A stretch of 64,000 bases of DNA from Tubiluchus corallicola. Taxonomy: Eukaryota > Animalia > Priapulida. The position numbers were made by a program, and so were the translations under genes. The notes beneath the pieces were generated by a model. That model had not been told where the DNA came from, made no database searches, and worked only from the letters and a program-made list of their open reading frames with translations. Shown here piece by piece: positions 42,943 through 56,255 of this stretch; position 1 is the first letter of the stretch; each line of letters opens with the position of its first letter. The stretch lies in the NCBI GenBank assembly GCA_030141605.1, contig JAQGDQ010000229.1:1-64000 (forward strand), given 5' to 3'.

Positions 42943-44208
42943 GTATTGCTGTGTATTTTTAGTGTCTGCCATGTTTTGAGTATATTTCATTGTTGAAATT
43001 GCGATTACACTGTATTTTGCAATTTATTGTCGATGTATCTGTTTAAAGACACTATTAAAATGTAATAAATGATAAATATCAAATAATAAAAAAATATAAG
43101 TAAAACAAGGACAATAGCGAAATAATTCACACAGGCGACTGAAATAAAAGAATAAAAATATAGTTAACCTCATTGTCACTGGTGTCCAAAATGACCTGAC
43201 GAAATGGCTTTATTATAGGGACAATTGACACCAAATAAACTGTATTTTTTTACTGTTTCTTTATTCCCTTTAAAGTCGAGGAACTCGACTCGAGTTGCTA
43301 CTCAAACGAATGTTGTTGTTGTTTTTCTGTTGTCGTTGTTTGTTGTTGTTGTGGTTTTTCTTTTCCTGTTGTTGATGTTGTTTTTTGTCAGACAATGTTA
43401 TCAAGCCTTGGCTCTAAACCTAGAAATGATCTTATTTAATTTTTATCCTAACCAGTATCTCTGCGATAAACTGCGAAAATGACAAAATTGTGGCAAAGAA
43501 ACTGCTAAATCTTAAAGGTTAATTTTGTTCTTCTGCATCTTGTTTTCTGGGGAAATCCCGTCATTTCTGTTTTCCAACTTTCAAGGCGTCTATAATAGAA
43601 ATGTGGATACAACAGATAACGCGCATTTTACTTTTTTCATCTAAACCTGATACTATACAGCTCTTTTCAGTTAAGAGCATATAATGCGTTTTAAAATACT
43701 AGTTGCTTTGTACATGTAATACCAGGTTCCGTTCTACATTAGCAATTCAATTCACAGCCGCCGCCTAATAACTCATCAATAAGAGAAGGTTCGCCCCACT
43801 GTCAAACCGCTGACAGGGCGCTTCCTTATATGGTAGTGATTACTCAACGTGTTTTGTGGCTTTTTGTGGGTTGATTGACAGTTGGTAGAGACGTGGCCTT
43901 GACAACAACTATACGTTGTTGCACCACCCATGACAAAAGACGTCAATGGTGTAGTAACCGCCTATTAAGCCGCCTGTCAGGACTTGTCTGCTGTGGGTTG
44001 AGTAATAATTATCCTTTCCGAATAACGTAATAATATTCCTATTATGACAGCGCTCAATTATTAAGAAACAGATTATAGAGAACCACTTTTGGTCCAGCAG
44101 CTGATTATTTATTCATTTAGGTGCAAATGTACACCAAACTTGGCACAGTTACTGCAGCTAAATGTAAATCTGCCTTTTTCCGCGTAAGAGCAAAAACATT
44201 CTATTCAC

Positions 44209-44596
44209 CAGAGACGGATTATCCTATAGGCTAGTATAGACTATAACCTAGGGCTTCTCAAGCTTGGGGGCCCTCAAGCTTTCTTTTAACATTTGGCATA
44301 AATCTGTTTTTTCACTATGGTTGTGCTATGTGTTATATGTTGAAATATGGGCTAATAAATAGTGAAATAGTGGTAATAGTCACAATAGTAAAATGATTTC
44401 TTAAAAAATATTTTTACTGACAAATAAAAGATAGCTATTCTATTTCCGAGTTGCGACAAGTCTAGTTCAAGCTATGTAAATGTCTTTAAAATAGATCTAG
44501 TAAAAAATATTCAGCGGGCGAGGCGAGACTTGTGCGAGCGAGTTAGAGGGTGGCTCCGTTAACCTAGGGGCCCCAAAAGGTCATAATCCGGCTCTG
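44209..44596. mobile_element. hAT-like MITE, 388 bp
   Basis: TIRs CAGAGACGGATTA / TAATCCGGCTCTG and subterminal GGGGCCC and AACCTAGGG motifs. The 8 bp flanks ctattcac / accctcac are only a partial TSD match. Confidence 0.75.
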
Positions 44597-44891
44597 ACCC
44601 TCACCTGCAGAGGAATAATATCCTCAACAATAATTACACATCTCAAAATGTTTCCACTGCTGGACACTTATATTTTATCTTTTTTTTCGTTATTAGTAGT
44701 TTTCCTTGGTTTGGCTTGTGATTTATAATATCTCTTTTCTTGTTTTTATAGTACTTTCATATAAACTTGAAAGAAGCGCGGAATAAAAAATTTTACTTTG
44801 TTTATTTCATTTGTGAAGTTGTGGAATGCTCAAATCAAGTAGGCTATCTTGTGGAAGTGGATCTTCTGCCAAGTTGGTGAATCTACTTGTA

Positions 44892-45485
44892 TTTCCATAA
44901 AAAGTATTTTTGCAAAACTGTGGATAATTAGTCTGGTAAATGCTTAATGCTTTAAAATGTTTACGCTTGCTGATGAAACGTCACTGTTTCACTATCACAG
45001 TGTACTCAAATTATGTTTGTGATTGCATGTGCTATATATAGAAGTGAGTTTTACTAATTTTTTATATAATGCTGACTTTACGTTTTTAGCTCCTGTTTTG
45101 TAAATGGAAGAAATTCGGTAATAAAGGTTTAAATTCAAATTCAATTAAATTCATCACTGAATCAAAAAACGTCACTGATTTACCAAGACATATTATTACT
45201 ATTATTGACAAGGTAAAGTACTTTATACTTTTGTTTAGTGAAGAGTGTGTCGCAAATGCTCTGATTATTTTCGAGCTTTACGTGATGTTATCTAAACTTG
45301 TTTCAAACGCCTTACCGTTAAAATGGTTAACGGTCATCGCGGGAGTTTAAACTTTCAAGTTTTATTCGGCGTTGCTTCTGTAATACAGGTTTTGTGTGCA
45401 ATAAGACAGCAGCATGTAGGTGATACAAAATGTCAAGACGAGTTTTTAGCTGTATGTAGGAATATTGTTTTACTTGTGCTTTAAA
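44892..45485. repeat. Dispersed repeat family B, copy 3, interrupted by a ~150 bp insertion resembling a LINE 3' tail (about 45000-45150)
   Basis: Colinear with copies 1 and 2. The insertion ends AATAAA plus (AAATTC)n and is bounded by atcac on both sides. Confidence 0.8.
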
Positions 45486-48400
45486 GTATTTTTGCATATG
45501 TTGTGTACAATTTTTGGTTTGGTTCCTCGGTCTTTAAAACACAACAATAAGACACTGTGAAGGATATAAAATGTGTGCTCTCAGATAATTACCTTCACTC
45601 ACAAGTAGATTACAGTCACTTTTCAACATAGTTTAGTGAATGAGCGAACGAGGTTTCCAAAACAACAAATTACACTTTTTTCATTAACGCAGGAGACACA
45701 GAGAAGATAAATGATGTTTATTCAGCGATGATGAAAACTGTTTTACGATTTTTTTCTGATGAATATTTATCAAAGTAAGCAAACAGCTAAATACTCGGCA
45801 ACTTGGCAATAATCGTCTATTGTGGCTGACTAAACAGAGGCTGTGTTTACACTGAGTGATTTTCTCTGCTCCCTTATTTGTCGTATGGTAATGCAAAAGA
45901 GACAATTTGTCACGATGAGCTACTGCTTTTTGGCTGTCAGTGTCAGGGGAATCAATGTAACTTCTGTTTTTTTGGACGAACTCTTTTGGACGCCTATGTA
46001 GGCAAGCTTATTATATGGCCGTACAATGTTTAGATACGATGACAAACTTTTCCGTAAAAACGTTCGTCCCTAAACGTAGACCTTTATAGACCGAATTAAT
46101 GAAAAATAAAAACAGCAATGCGAAATAAACCAGGCAACAGAGTAAAAAACAAGTGTCCAACAGAGGATCCATTAGTTGAATATCTTTGTTTGAATCACTG
46201 CCCAGGCATCGTCATTTGATCCAGTATCCAATGTCCGGTCAGTTCTGTTTTTCCATCGTTTGTTACATGTAATTTCTATAATTTTACAACTTATTAAAGT
46301 ATTTGTCAGTATTCTGGGTAAAAAGACGTGCAAGCGTTCTTAGGAGTTTACCTGCTTTGTGATATTTAGTAAGTTATCTACAAAGTCTGTTTACAAGTAT
46401 ATTGTAAAATTTCATGCATATAAGTCTAATCTTCGTAATAATACTACGTTCTAAATGTGTACTTTGTAAATATAATTTGTTATCGTATTGGCACGTTAAT
46501 GGTACAATAGTTTTTCACCTGGCCCATTTTTCAGTGTTTATGAACTGATGAGTGTGATAATTGTGCTTTTGTGCATAATTTGTGCAGATGTATTTTAGCG
46601 ATTATGATATTCAATTTTATAAGACAAATAAACATTTCATATTTAAGTGTGATTCTTGAAAATTTACTAAAGTGGCACCAAAAGGATAATTTAGTGATGG
46701 CTATAAGGTAATCAGAGCGTTTGTCAAAGTTCGCCTTGCTCTAACTTCTACTTTGCATGTGGACACAATAACTGTACGAAACACACTATTTTTGGTAATT
46801 TTGTTAAATTTTAAAATCGATTTTCGGATTTTCTGAATCATTTGAATCAAGTAGAAGTGAACTGATCTTCCGCGCGAGACAGTAACACTTTTTGGAGCAT
46901 TTGCTACGTTGGTTAAATACCCTTAATTAAATTACCCTATTAAGAATTATCTATTTGCAGCAATTTTTGAAGGGTGAAACAGTCTTGAGGACCATCTGTA
47001 TGCTTCCGTTTTATATCATTTTAATATGCTGAAACGTAATGGTCCACATTACATCACACTCCACAAGTAACCAATAAAGTTAACCAGAAGACAAACACAA
47101 ATAAATGAGGATTCAGAAGTTCAGAAATGACTTTTTCATGTTTTTTAACTTAGAATGTGAATATATTAAATTTGATGGCAAAAGAAATATTACGAAATTG
47201 TGCGCCTAATGTCACTATCGACGACGCATGCGCAGTGTTAAGCATTCCAACGTCAAAGAGTTATCATGCTGGTCGTTATGTCGGCGTTATTTTAAAGCTC
47301 AAATTATTTGAATATTTAACGCGCTCTGCCCGCCATTTCATGCTGACTCTCATCATCAATCATTGCCATCTTCTCTTCAATTACCGTCGCTCATTCATCA
47401 TACCTGCATGGTTTATTTTCACCTGAATATTTCATCAAGTCCAACTCCGTCCCATCCATCATTGCTTATATTGCTGACGTAAGTTTTTTGCATAGTTTAA
47501 TATGCCGGTACTGCAGTGTTTCGCCAAATAGTGTTGACTGTAAGGGTAACGGCGATGGCATTCATTATCATCACCACGTGCCCGTTAACATTGTTACAAA
47601 CCTTGGGTAGGCAAAATTCTAAAATAAAAGTTAAACACTGCCATGCTAGTGGCTTGTCAACACTACTTCAAAAACACAAAAGAATGAAACTGCTTATTCT
47701 TGTTACCATTGTTGTGGTTACCATGGTTACGCAGAATTAAGAGTTGCACCAAAAAGGAGTTTAACAGTTTACATTAAGTTCGAAAGAAAATTGTAATTGT
47801 GAAATTTGAAATAATGCTCTAACGATTGTGAGTTGCAATCACATTTGTCACCGTGCGTTGCTATGGCCAATATATTTATTGTATTTATTGTTTCACTGTA
47901 TTTATTAGGAACATGTTAGTGCTTAAGCTAATTGTATATGCAAACTTTATTTATTTAATAGGAGTAACAAACAGCATAAATATACAGTTTTATCCACAAA
48001 AGCGAGTGGCTTCTTGATACTAGGCCTGCTAACTAGGTGACCAACCAAGCATGGGTTCAACCAACAACCAACTAATAATTAGCAAAACAGAAAAGATTTA
48101 AAACTGTATACGTAGAGGTCTACTGGTCGTTAAAACGATTCTTTGGCATTGGGTTTGAACTTTGGAGCTTGATTTTAAGGTCTGGAGATTAAACTTTGGG
48201 AATGTTTTCACTACGTTAACATGTAATCAGACAATATGTTAGGTGCAATCTTCTCCACTTGTTTTTTTACTCAATTTCTGAACGTCGTAGCTTCACGTTA
48301 TTGTTTTACTAAGTTAAGTGCCAAAACGATGTATAAAACCCTAAGTTTGGAAATTTCGTATATTTTTAAATGGAGAACCATACGCATGTAGTTTCTACAG

Positions 48401-49044
48401 GGTTGGCCTACATACGAGTCCAAAAAAGTATTGGTCATGCAAATTATTATCTGCAGTAACATGCACCCAAAAATTACATGAGACCCATGTAACCAAAAAA
48501 AGTTTGTTGTTTCTTAGCTATGTGCATGGGAGAGTTTCAGCCAGTATTATGACGTGCGACTAGACTCACGCGATTCCAAGAAACTAGCAAGGAAAACAAA
48601 GTTGAAACACTGCTGTTGGGTATACTACCAAAAATAACATTTATCAAACATTTTTTTCAAAATTCTTTAAGAAATATTTTCGGCTATTTATCAGATTGCC
48701 GTAAATTAAATTTTTTTTAGAAAAATTGCAAAGTCTAGCACGTTGAGAATTTAAAGCTATGTTACTATATATATGTTACTAAATAACAGTCAAGTAAATT
48801 AAAGATTAAAATATAATTGTACTGTAAATCTAAACGACAATGTAAGGTTAAAGGTAAAGAACTCATTTGAAGATTATGTTTTAAGATACCTGGTACAGAT
48901 TCTTGCAACACTGTATATTGTAATACAATTATATGAGTACTGAAATGAACAAATGAAATATTGCGTAGTCAAATTTTTGTGGATATGATAGTTTACTAAC
49001 ATCCTGTTGTCTTTGTAAGCTGTACATTGTTATGCGAAATAAAC

Positions 49045-49091
<47 letters not shown>
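49045..49091. repeat. (AAT)n microsatellite directly after AATAAA, possibly a retroelement tail
   Basis: gaaataaactaataataat... Confidence 0.85.
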
Positions 49092-50087
49092 GCTATGCTA
49101 AACCTTGCTGCTTCTGATGTAAAGCATAAGTCGTCAACGATCTAAGATCATACATATTTGAGCTGCAGACTCACATAATAAGTGAGCACACACACAAGCT
49201 TTTTGCATTACCCTGTTGAAGATGTCAATCACTCATCACGGAATGAAACTGCTTTGCACACAAAAAACAAGTAGGTTAATACCCGTGATTACCTCTTGCA
49301 TTTTCGCCAACATCAAAGGACGCCGCCTAATCAAAGCCACACCTGTAGTATGTACATAATAGCAAGCCGAAGTCAATCCATCATTTGTTGATGCTGTTTT
49401 GTTCAATGTCGAATTTTGATTGATTGGTGGAGAAAATTATTTTTTTACCTTTGTCTGTCTGGGTCTGGGACGTCCACTCACCCATTCGTCTATCAATTAA
49501 ATATGGGCGTGTTCTTTTTTTAATATGAAGCGTTTTATTTCGCATAGATGGACAGTAATAGCACTATATCGTGATACAACAATAGAAAACACAGAGTCAA
49601 ATGCAAAGATAACGTACGACCATACAGTTCTGTACATGTTGCGCTTATATTATTCTAATATTTCATTATGCAGTAATTTTAGGGTAATATTACATATTTA
49701 CAGCAGAATCTAAGTCTAATCTAATCTAAACGAGTGTCGAAAGTTTGATGCACAGTGTTTTTGATGTTGTAAAAGCTAACAATTTTGGAAACAATTTTGA
49801 TTTAAATTATTATTATTTAATAATTGTTGTCCTAAGCCACGTGCCTACTTATCGTTTGGCATGTCTAAAACAAATCTGCCGCTTTTTTCAGCACCAATTT
49901 TGATTTAGTTTATTGCCTTATACTAGGTCTAATAGCTATAAACTTGTACTTACTTATCACTTCTGCTATATATGTCTAAAGTCCAGGAAAAAATTGTTTT
50001 TTTTTCGACAGTAATTTTGATTTCATTACGTAATAATAACTGTCGCGAACTATGTGTTTACTTATTAATTCTGATGGAAATTAATGG

Positions 50088-50547
50088 TACGACGACGACG
50101 ACGACGATGATGATGCTAACAACAACAGCATACAACAAACAAGCAAACAAGCAAACAGTAACAACAACAGCAACAACATCAGCAGCAACAACAATGACGA
50201 CAAAAACAATAACAATAAGAACAATAGCAGCAGGAGCAACAAAACAACTACGATAACGACAACGGAACGACAACAGCAGTAACAACAGCAATAATGTACA
50301 TCATCAGCAGCAAAAACATTAAAACAACAAATGTAACAATGACAACAGCAATGATGAGGAAAAGGACAACGAAAATATTAAGCAAGAAACAAACATACAA
50401 GAACAACAACAACAGCAGCAAAAGCAACGACAACAGCAACAACAACAACACCAGCAATAAAAACACAGCAGTAACAATGAGGCAAGCCATGATGATGATG
50501 TTGATGGTGATGAAACAAAAATAAACAAATAAAAACAAATGCAACAA
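50088..50547. repeat. Degenerate (AAC)/(AGC)/(GAT) compound tract
   Basis: Direct observation. Confidence 0.85.
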
Positions 50548-50605
50548 TTTAGATTCGTATAGATTCGGTGTAGATTCGTATAACTTTATCGTGTAAGTTA
50601 TCTTC

Positions 50606-51515
50606 GTAGCACCAAACTTTCCTTGTACAAAACTTTTTCTGTATCATATTTTCCTAGTACTAAACTTTTCCAGTAATAAACTTTCCTGGCGCCAAACCTG
50701 TTCCGTTGCATGTTTACCTTGTACCAGATCTACTTGGTTCAAGGTAAAAATGGTACAGGTAAAAATGGCACGGCAAAAATGGCATAGGTAAAAATGTCAC
50801 AGGAAAAATGGCACATACAGTGTATCTTATTTTCATGCAGTAAATTGATAATAAAATTAGACTGCGCTAAGTGGGAAACAGGTCTCTGCCAAAGCCGTAT
50901 AATCCTAAACTTCTTCGTTTGATTCTTTTGATTAAAAAACGTAAAACTAAGATAAACAAGTAAACATATAAAAATGTACCTGTACAGGCATTGTGTAAAT
51001 TAGCAAAACACACACAAAATATTTTATTCATTAAATATAATAATAATCAATAACTCACGAATACTCAACATAGTGTTTATCTCCTTTCTTAACCATTAAT
51101 TTTGGCGATGGTAATAGACTGACAAATATATACGTACCAAGTCACCTATAGGCTACACGCATTAATAAGCAAAGCTTATAGGCAGCTTTACACAGTTTAG
51201 CAAGTGAGTTTTCCTCGAAATGGAACCTGGAACTAACTCGTAGTTGTTTGTCCTGGTGGAGATAATAAAAAAGAAGTACTGAACACTTCCTTTAAGACCC
51301 ACGAAGTGCTTCACGAATGTTTTTGCATGTGGTGTTCGGTTGCAAGTTTCGCGAAAAAAGAACGTGTGAAAAACGCCCATTTTGGCACCCCATGCCCACC
51401 CTCCGCCATTTTTTCCTGTGCCGTTTCTACCTATCCAATTTTCCATTTGTGCCATTTTTAGCTACATTCCAAATTACCAGGACCAAATTTACTTGTACCA
51501 AACTTATTCCGCACC
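50606..51515. mobile_element. Nested DNA transposon remnants: Mutator/foldback-like element (50736-51470) inside a 15-16 bp GTACCAAACTTTCC-type array
   Basis: Inner element has about 5 GGTAAAAATGGCACA units on the left, inverted units at 51400-51465 and GG...CC ends. The outer array keeps one orientation at 50606-50735 and 51470-51515. Confidence 0.7.
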
Positions 51516-53159
51516 GTTCTGATGTGTAGCTATAACTAACGTTTAAGAAATAGAGAAATTTCGATTTAATTTATTACTTGATAATAACTATCGCGAATTA
51601 CTTCTTATGTAGGCATAATGTCCAATGAAGTGCTGAGAGAGCTACTTAGTACGTGAGTACACACTGTAGGTTGTCGTTTTGAACAAGGATTGTACAAAGA
51701 AACCAATTACGTTAATCAAGCAAGTTTGTCGTTTGTTTCTCAGTTTCTTTTCTTTTTTACTCTGTCTTTAAAAGACAGTTTTTGCTCATATTGGGCTTTA
51801 GAGATCATTGATATTGTTCTGCAAACTCGCTTTTACTTCGCTATTTTTTATTGTATTTCCCAGCTTGGAATTGATAGCTTTTCGACACCCAAGATTTTTG
51901 ATAGACACTGCTTTTTACTTGTTTTTATTCATTGGTATTTACAATTCAGCTTTATTATAATGTATCTCAAACATTCTCCAAAATTTTTCTCAGCGGTATC
52001 TTGTAGGCAACCTACCAGCTACCTCTTTTTTACCTCTTGCTCACCGGACAACTCCCCCGTGTGTACAATACAATCAATCCCTCAAGCTGACGGATCGCAC
52101 AACAGCACCTGACAGGCGGCACATTTTGTAAAAAGCGAGTACAAAGGCGGCGCGCTTCAGATCTCGCCGCAACCGTAAAGATCAATCATTACTGATGACG
52201 CTGGCGGGTGTGAGGTAAGGACGATTGTTAATCAGCATAATTCATCCACACCATAATTATTATAAACAAATACGATAGTTACTAAGCTTATTAATTAGTG
52301 CCTTATTCGAGATATTAGCGAAATATCACGATTCCACGAGAACTCGTGCAGGGTCAGGATAAAAATATTAAAACACAAAAAGTGTTGCAGACTGTTATAA
52401 CTAAAACTTCATTAGGCTTTTGTGTGTTACATGGACCTGTCCTTGCCTCTCTGTACTGGACAAATCTTTACTGGTTATTCCTTTTATTCTGTAAATGTCT
52501 AGGTTAGGGAACAGAAGTCTTATACCAGAGCATATTCTATACAAAGCACTACAGATGTGTACCTGCGTGAGACATTGACTAAATTTCTCCAAAACTTGGC
52601 AACAGTTTTGACACAAGGTCTTCTAGGCAGAAAGGTCGAACGTTTGTCGTGGCACGAAAAAGTAAAAAAAGGTAACAGAAAGAGAGACGGTAGAAGGCAA
52701 AGGTAAGAACCAATAGACAAACAGACAATAGTCTTGCAATAGACAACAATCAGCAAAACAATGACATGAATGGCACAAATGTACAGACAATAGCAAAAAA
52801 GACAAACACTCCAGGTATTTCTGCAGATACGCAAGCAAAGTCTACGTGAAAAATCATTCACATAGATAAAAACAATAGGTAAATAAGACAAACGTAAAAA
52901 GAGATTATAAAAACAAAGGTAAAGAAGCCAAAAGTAAATGAGACAATAAAATCACGTAGAATGGGAAACGTGTAACAGGTACATTAAGAAGAGTGAAAAC
53001 ATTTGGTAAAAGCCTTCACTTTGGCGTGTTCTCTCCATGTAAATATGGGAATTGAAAATAGAAAAGTAAGCTGAGTCATGTTATGTATTGCATTATGCAC
53101 AACGGCGTAGACGAACAATTATTAATATAAATCAAACTTAACATGAAATGCAAAAAATT

Positions 53160-53232
53160 GAGATTGAACCTATACTTGAAACTCGGTCCTCTGGATTTCA
53201 AGTCCACTGGTATTACTAGTAGACCATGCAAT
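53160..53232 (-). mobile_element. Degenerate tRNA-derived head
   Basis: Minus strand reads tggtctactagtaataccagtggacttgaaatccagaggaccgagtttcaag, with an anticodon-like stem tgga/tcca and a weak B box. Confidence 0.4.
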
Positions 53233-53527
53233 CTCTTGTGATCAGGTCTTACAATTCAGTTCTACTATCAATGAAGATTCAGCTGAAAGTTAAGAGGAAT
53301 TAATTCTAGCTGCATGAGTTCAATTTAGGCCTGTTAAACTAACAAGAAGTGAGCACTGAAGGAAGTAGAAGACGTTATTTTAGTTTGGAATTAGCTAACG
53401 AAGCCCACAGCTATACTGAATACTTTCTTGAGATTAGCTCAGTACATGCAGCAGTGAATAATAACAGAATTGTCTTCATAACTAATACTATCTTTTTTGG
53501 GTTAATTACATGAGCATTTAAAAACTG

Positions 53528-53800
53528 GTGTGTCTCTGAACTTTCTTTTGTCAAAATGCGTCCTATATTTAAAGAATTCTGCTTTCATTGGTTCAAGCTC
53601 CAAGCTATTTATTTGTCCAAAATGCCACGTCTCTAAACATGTTCTTATACGTGCCTCTGGTGCACAAAGTGCACTGTGTCCAAACCTGACTGTACCCAAT
53701 TGTGGTGTAACAATTGTTGAGTGTTCAAACTTGCACGTTTCTAAACTTGGTTGTTGACATATTCTGTGTCCAGTGTCCAAGTGTCCTTTGTTTAAAGTTT
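53528..53800. repeat. Highly degenerate ~15 bp TGTCCAAA-type array, likely a transposon subterminal repeat
   Basis: Recurring tgtccaaa / gtctctaaa / tgttcaaa / tgtccaag at roughly 15 bp periodicity. Confidence 0.5.
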
Positions 53801-54649
53801 TTTATTCTTAAGTGTGGTGCACGCAAGTTTGTATGCTGCAAAAAACTGTAAAGGAGACGTTGGTCATTTTGTACAAAATTGGTTGAAAGAGCAAGAATGT
53901 GGTTTACTGAAGCAGTACATTATTTGAGTGACGAGGGAAAGGCATGCTGATAAGCGAAGTTTCGAGTATATGTGTTTAACTAAAAGAAACAATGTATTTA
54001 AATGCAAATAGCATCAATTTGTTATCAACTTAGACGAGCCAGACGAATAAAAAGAATCTTTCTCAAAAATTTGTCTTTATTTGGGAAGATGTCTTTCATT
54101 TTTTTCGGCGTCTGCAGTTTTCTAGGTGGTTTGAATTAAATTTGTTATAAGATGCCGACATGTGTTGGTGAGTATAAACTTCTGTGATTTCTTAAGAGAA
54201 AGAAGAAAAAAGCCTGTCGCCACATGTGTTCCTTCTATCAGTTTCTTCATTGAGAGAACAGTGGTTACCTGCCTTTGGTGAACCGTTGAACAAGACCTTC
54301 TTGGTCGCAGCTTGAAAGTCTATTGGTACCATGAGGAATTGCTAAACGGTACTCTATGCATTGAGAGGGGTGATATCAGTCAAATAAACAAGAAGTGGGT
54401 AATACTTTTCTTACCTCGAACCAGAGATGAAAAATAGTTAGGCACCTTGGCATTTACTTAGCAGCACCTGTTCGACCTAACTTATCCTCATAGTTTAAGT
54501 TTACTTCTTGTTGCTTGTTCTACACCCGGGACTTAACCAGTAGTCTCAGTTAATCAGTTAAACAGTAGTAACATTTATAGGCTTTACATGCATACCTAAC
54601 ATTAGATACTTACTAGTACCACCTTTAAAGGTTTATAGGCAATGAAATT

Positions 54650-55272
54650 CATGAAATTTTGAATGAATGTGAATTACTTCAGTTTTGTCCTCATTTAAAA
54701 TTGGTTTTTTTGGCTACCATTCAAGAGCGGATGTCATTTACACGGTTTTCCACATTTGTTTGTGATGAAACAAACAATATAAAGTTTGTATCATCTATCT
54801 TTTTCACTAGAAGATTAGCTAATGTTAATTTACTGCCCTTTATTGCCACTTTATCCGAAACATGTAACATTATCACTGGCGTAATTGGTTCTCTCCAAAC
54901 CGGATTATTGTGTAAAACGTGTTATATATAGTATATAATTCATATTTACGTACATTTCATTAGGAGCTCTTCAATGAGAGATATTCAATTTTAGGGTATT
55001 ATTTTTAGAAATTTTATTTTTGTGCATCTTTTTATGTCTTGTAGGATCAGCGTAAGTGCGCATGGGCCTGCTTTCTTTTATATAATTTTAATATATGTAT
55101 AAATGTCAAATAAGAAATAAAAAACACGACCACAATTTGTTATGATATCTCCCAGAGGAGCACAGTAAAGAATGAAAATAAGAGGACCTAACACGCTACC
55201 TTGTGGTACTCTACAGGGGAGGGAGATTAGGTCACTTTTAAACTTGATGTTTGTACAAACACTTTGGGATCT
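54650..55272 (-). mobile_element. Decayed L2/CR1-type LINE reverse transcriptase, split by a ~320 bp insertion (about 54800-55120)
   Basis: 55272-55123 reads RSQSVCTNIKFKSDLISLPCRVPQGSVLGPLIFILYCAPLGDIITNCG. 54798-54650 reads DDTNFI..NVENRVNDIRS*MVAK / ILNEDKTEVIHIHSKF. Both match GVPQGSVLGP and YADD..IxxWMxxNxLxLNxxKTE. Confidence 0.9.
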
Positions 55273-56119
55273 AGCAACACTACCAGGGTGACCTTCACAA
55301 TTTTATTAGCTGTGGATGGTCAAGTAAAACACAAAATTATGTTAATTGACATATAATCACACCATTAAAAAATTTTGTCTGCAAAATATCTGCTTCATCT
55401 TTGATCAAATTTTGTTTTCTGTGCTTTAGTCAAGTATTTACGTTTTTCAAGATAAACCTAAATCAGATTTCACATGGTGCGTAAGTTTTGTAGTTTTGCT
55501 TTCGAAACACCCACCCCCTTGCCATCTGCCCCTGCTCCCGCATCCAAAACAGAGAAACAAGCTACGAATTTTAATGTAGCTGTCAATGCACAGCATGCTA
55601 AATCATCTGCCTGTCACGTTGAATTAGAACGTTATTCATTCACGGACCCTCTGGGCCATCGGCTTCCAACTTCAAAGTAGTGCAAGATTAATGCCTTGTC
55701 AAAACTAAGCTATCGTCTGCTCACTAGTCATAATTAACTAATCAATTGCTAGACACATGCAGTCATCAAAAGCCAGAAAATGCAATGCCGGGCCATATAT
55801 TATTTTCTGTCTTTTGTAAAAGATGATATACTAGCATGACTTCGAATGACTGCGCAGTGTGACTGGTTGGTGAGCAAGTTCCCCCTGCCGGGCTCCCTGG
55901 TGCTGCTGATTAACTTACTTACCCACTGACTAGCTGTGTGACTATGACTGCTTAATTAATTGACTGATTTACGAAACTATTTTGCTCATTACCTTGTTAG
56001 CTGATTTTTGGTTGTTGGTGTTGCCTTACGTTTACTGGCTCTTTCATTTTCAGTCTTTTTTCTTTTTCTTTTTTGTTCTTTGTTTTTTCTTCTGCGTTTC
56101 GCTAAAATGATGTTATTAT

Positions 56120-56255
56120 TTATCACCAACCAATTAGCTAAACAATCAACCAAGCAATCAACTAACCAGCCAACCAAAAAACAACCGAATGCCAAACAAC
56201 CAACTAACCAACCCATCATCCAAACACCAGCCAACTAACCAGCTTTAACCAATTA
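56120..56255. repeat. Degenerate (AACC)n tract
   Basis: Direct observation. Confidence 0.8.

Noticed and set aside
54126-54173. Plus-strand 42 nt micro-exon candidate (ttttctAG ... TTG|GTGAGT) ending in MPTCV
   Set aside because: Stops in all three frames before the ATG and no partner exon. Such signals arise by chance in 64 kb.
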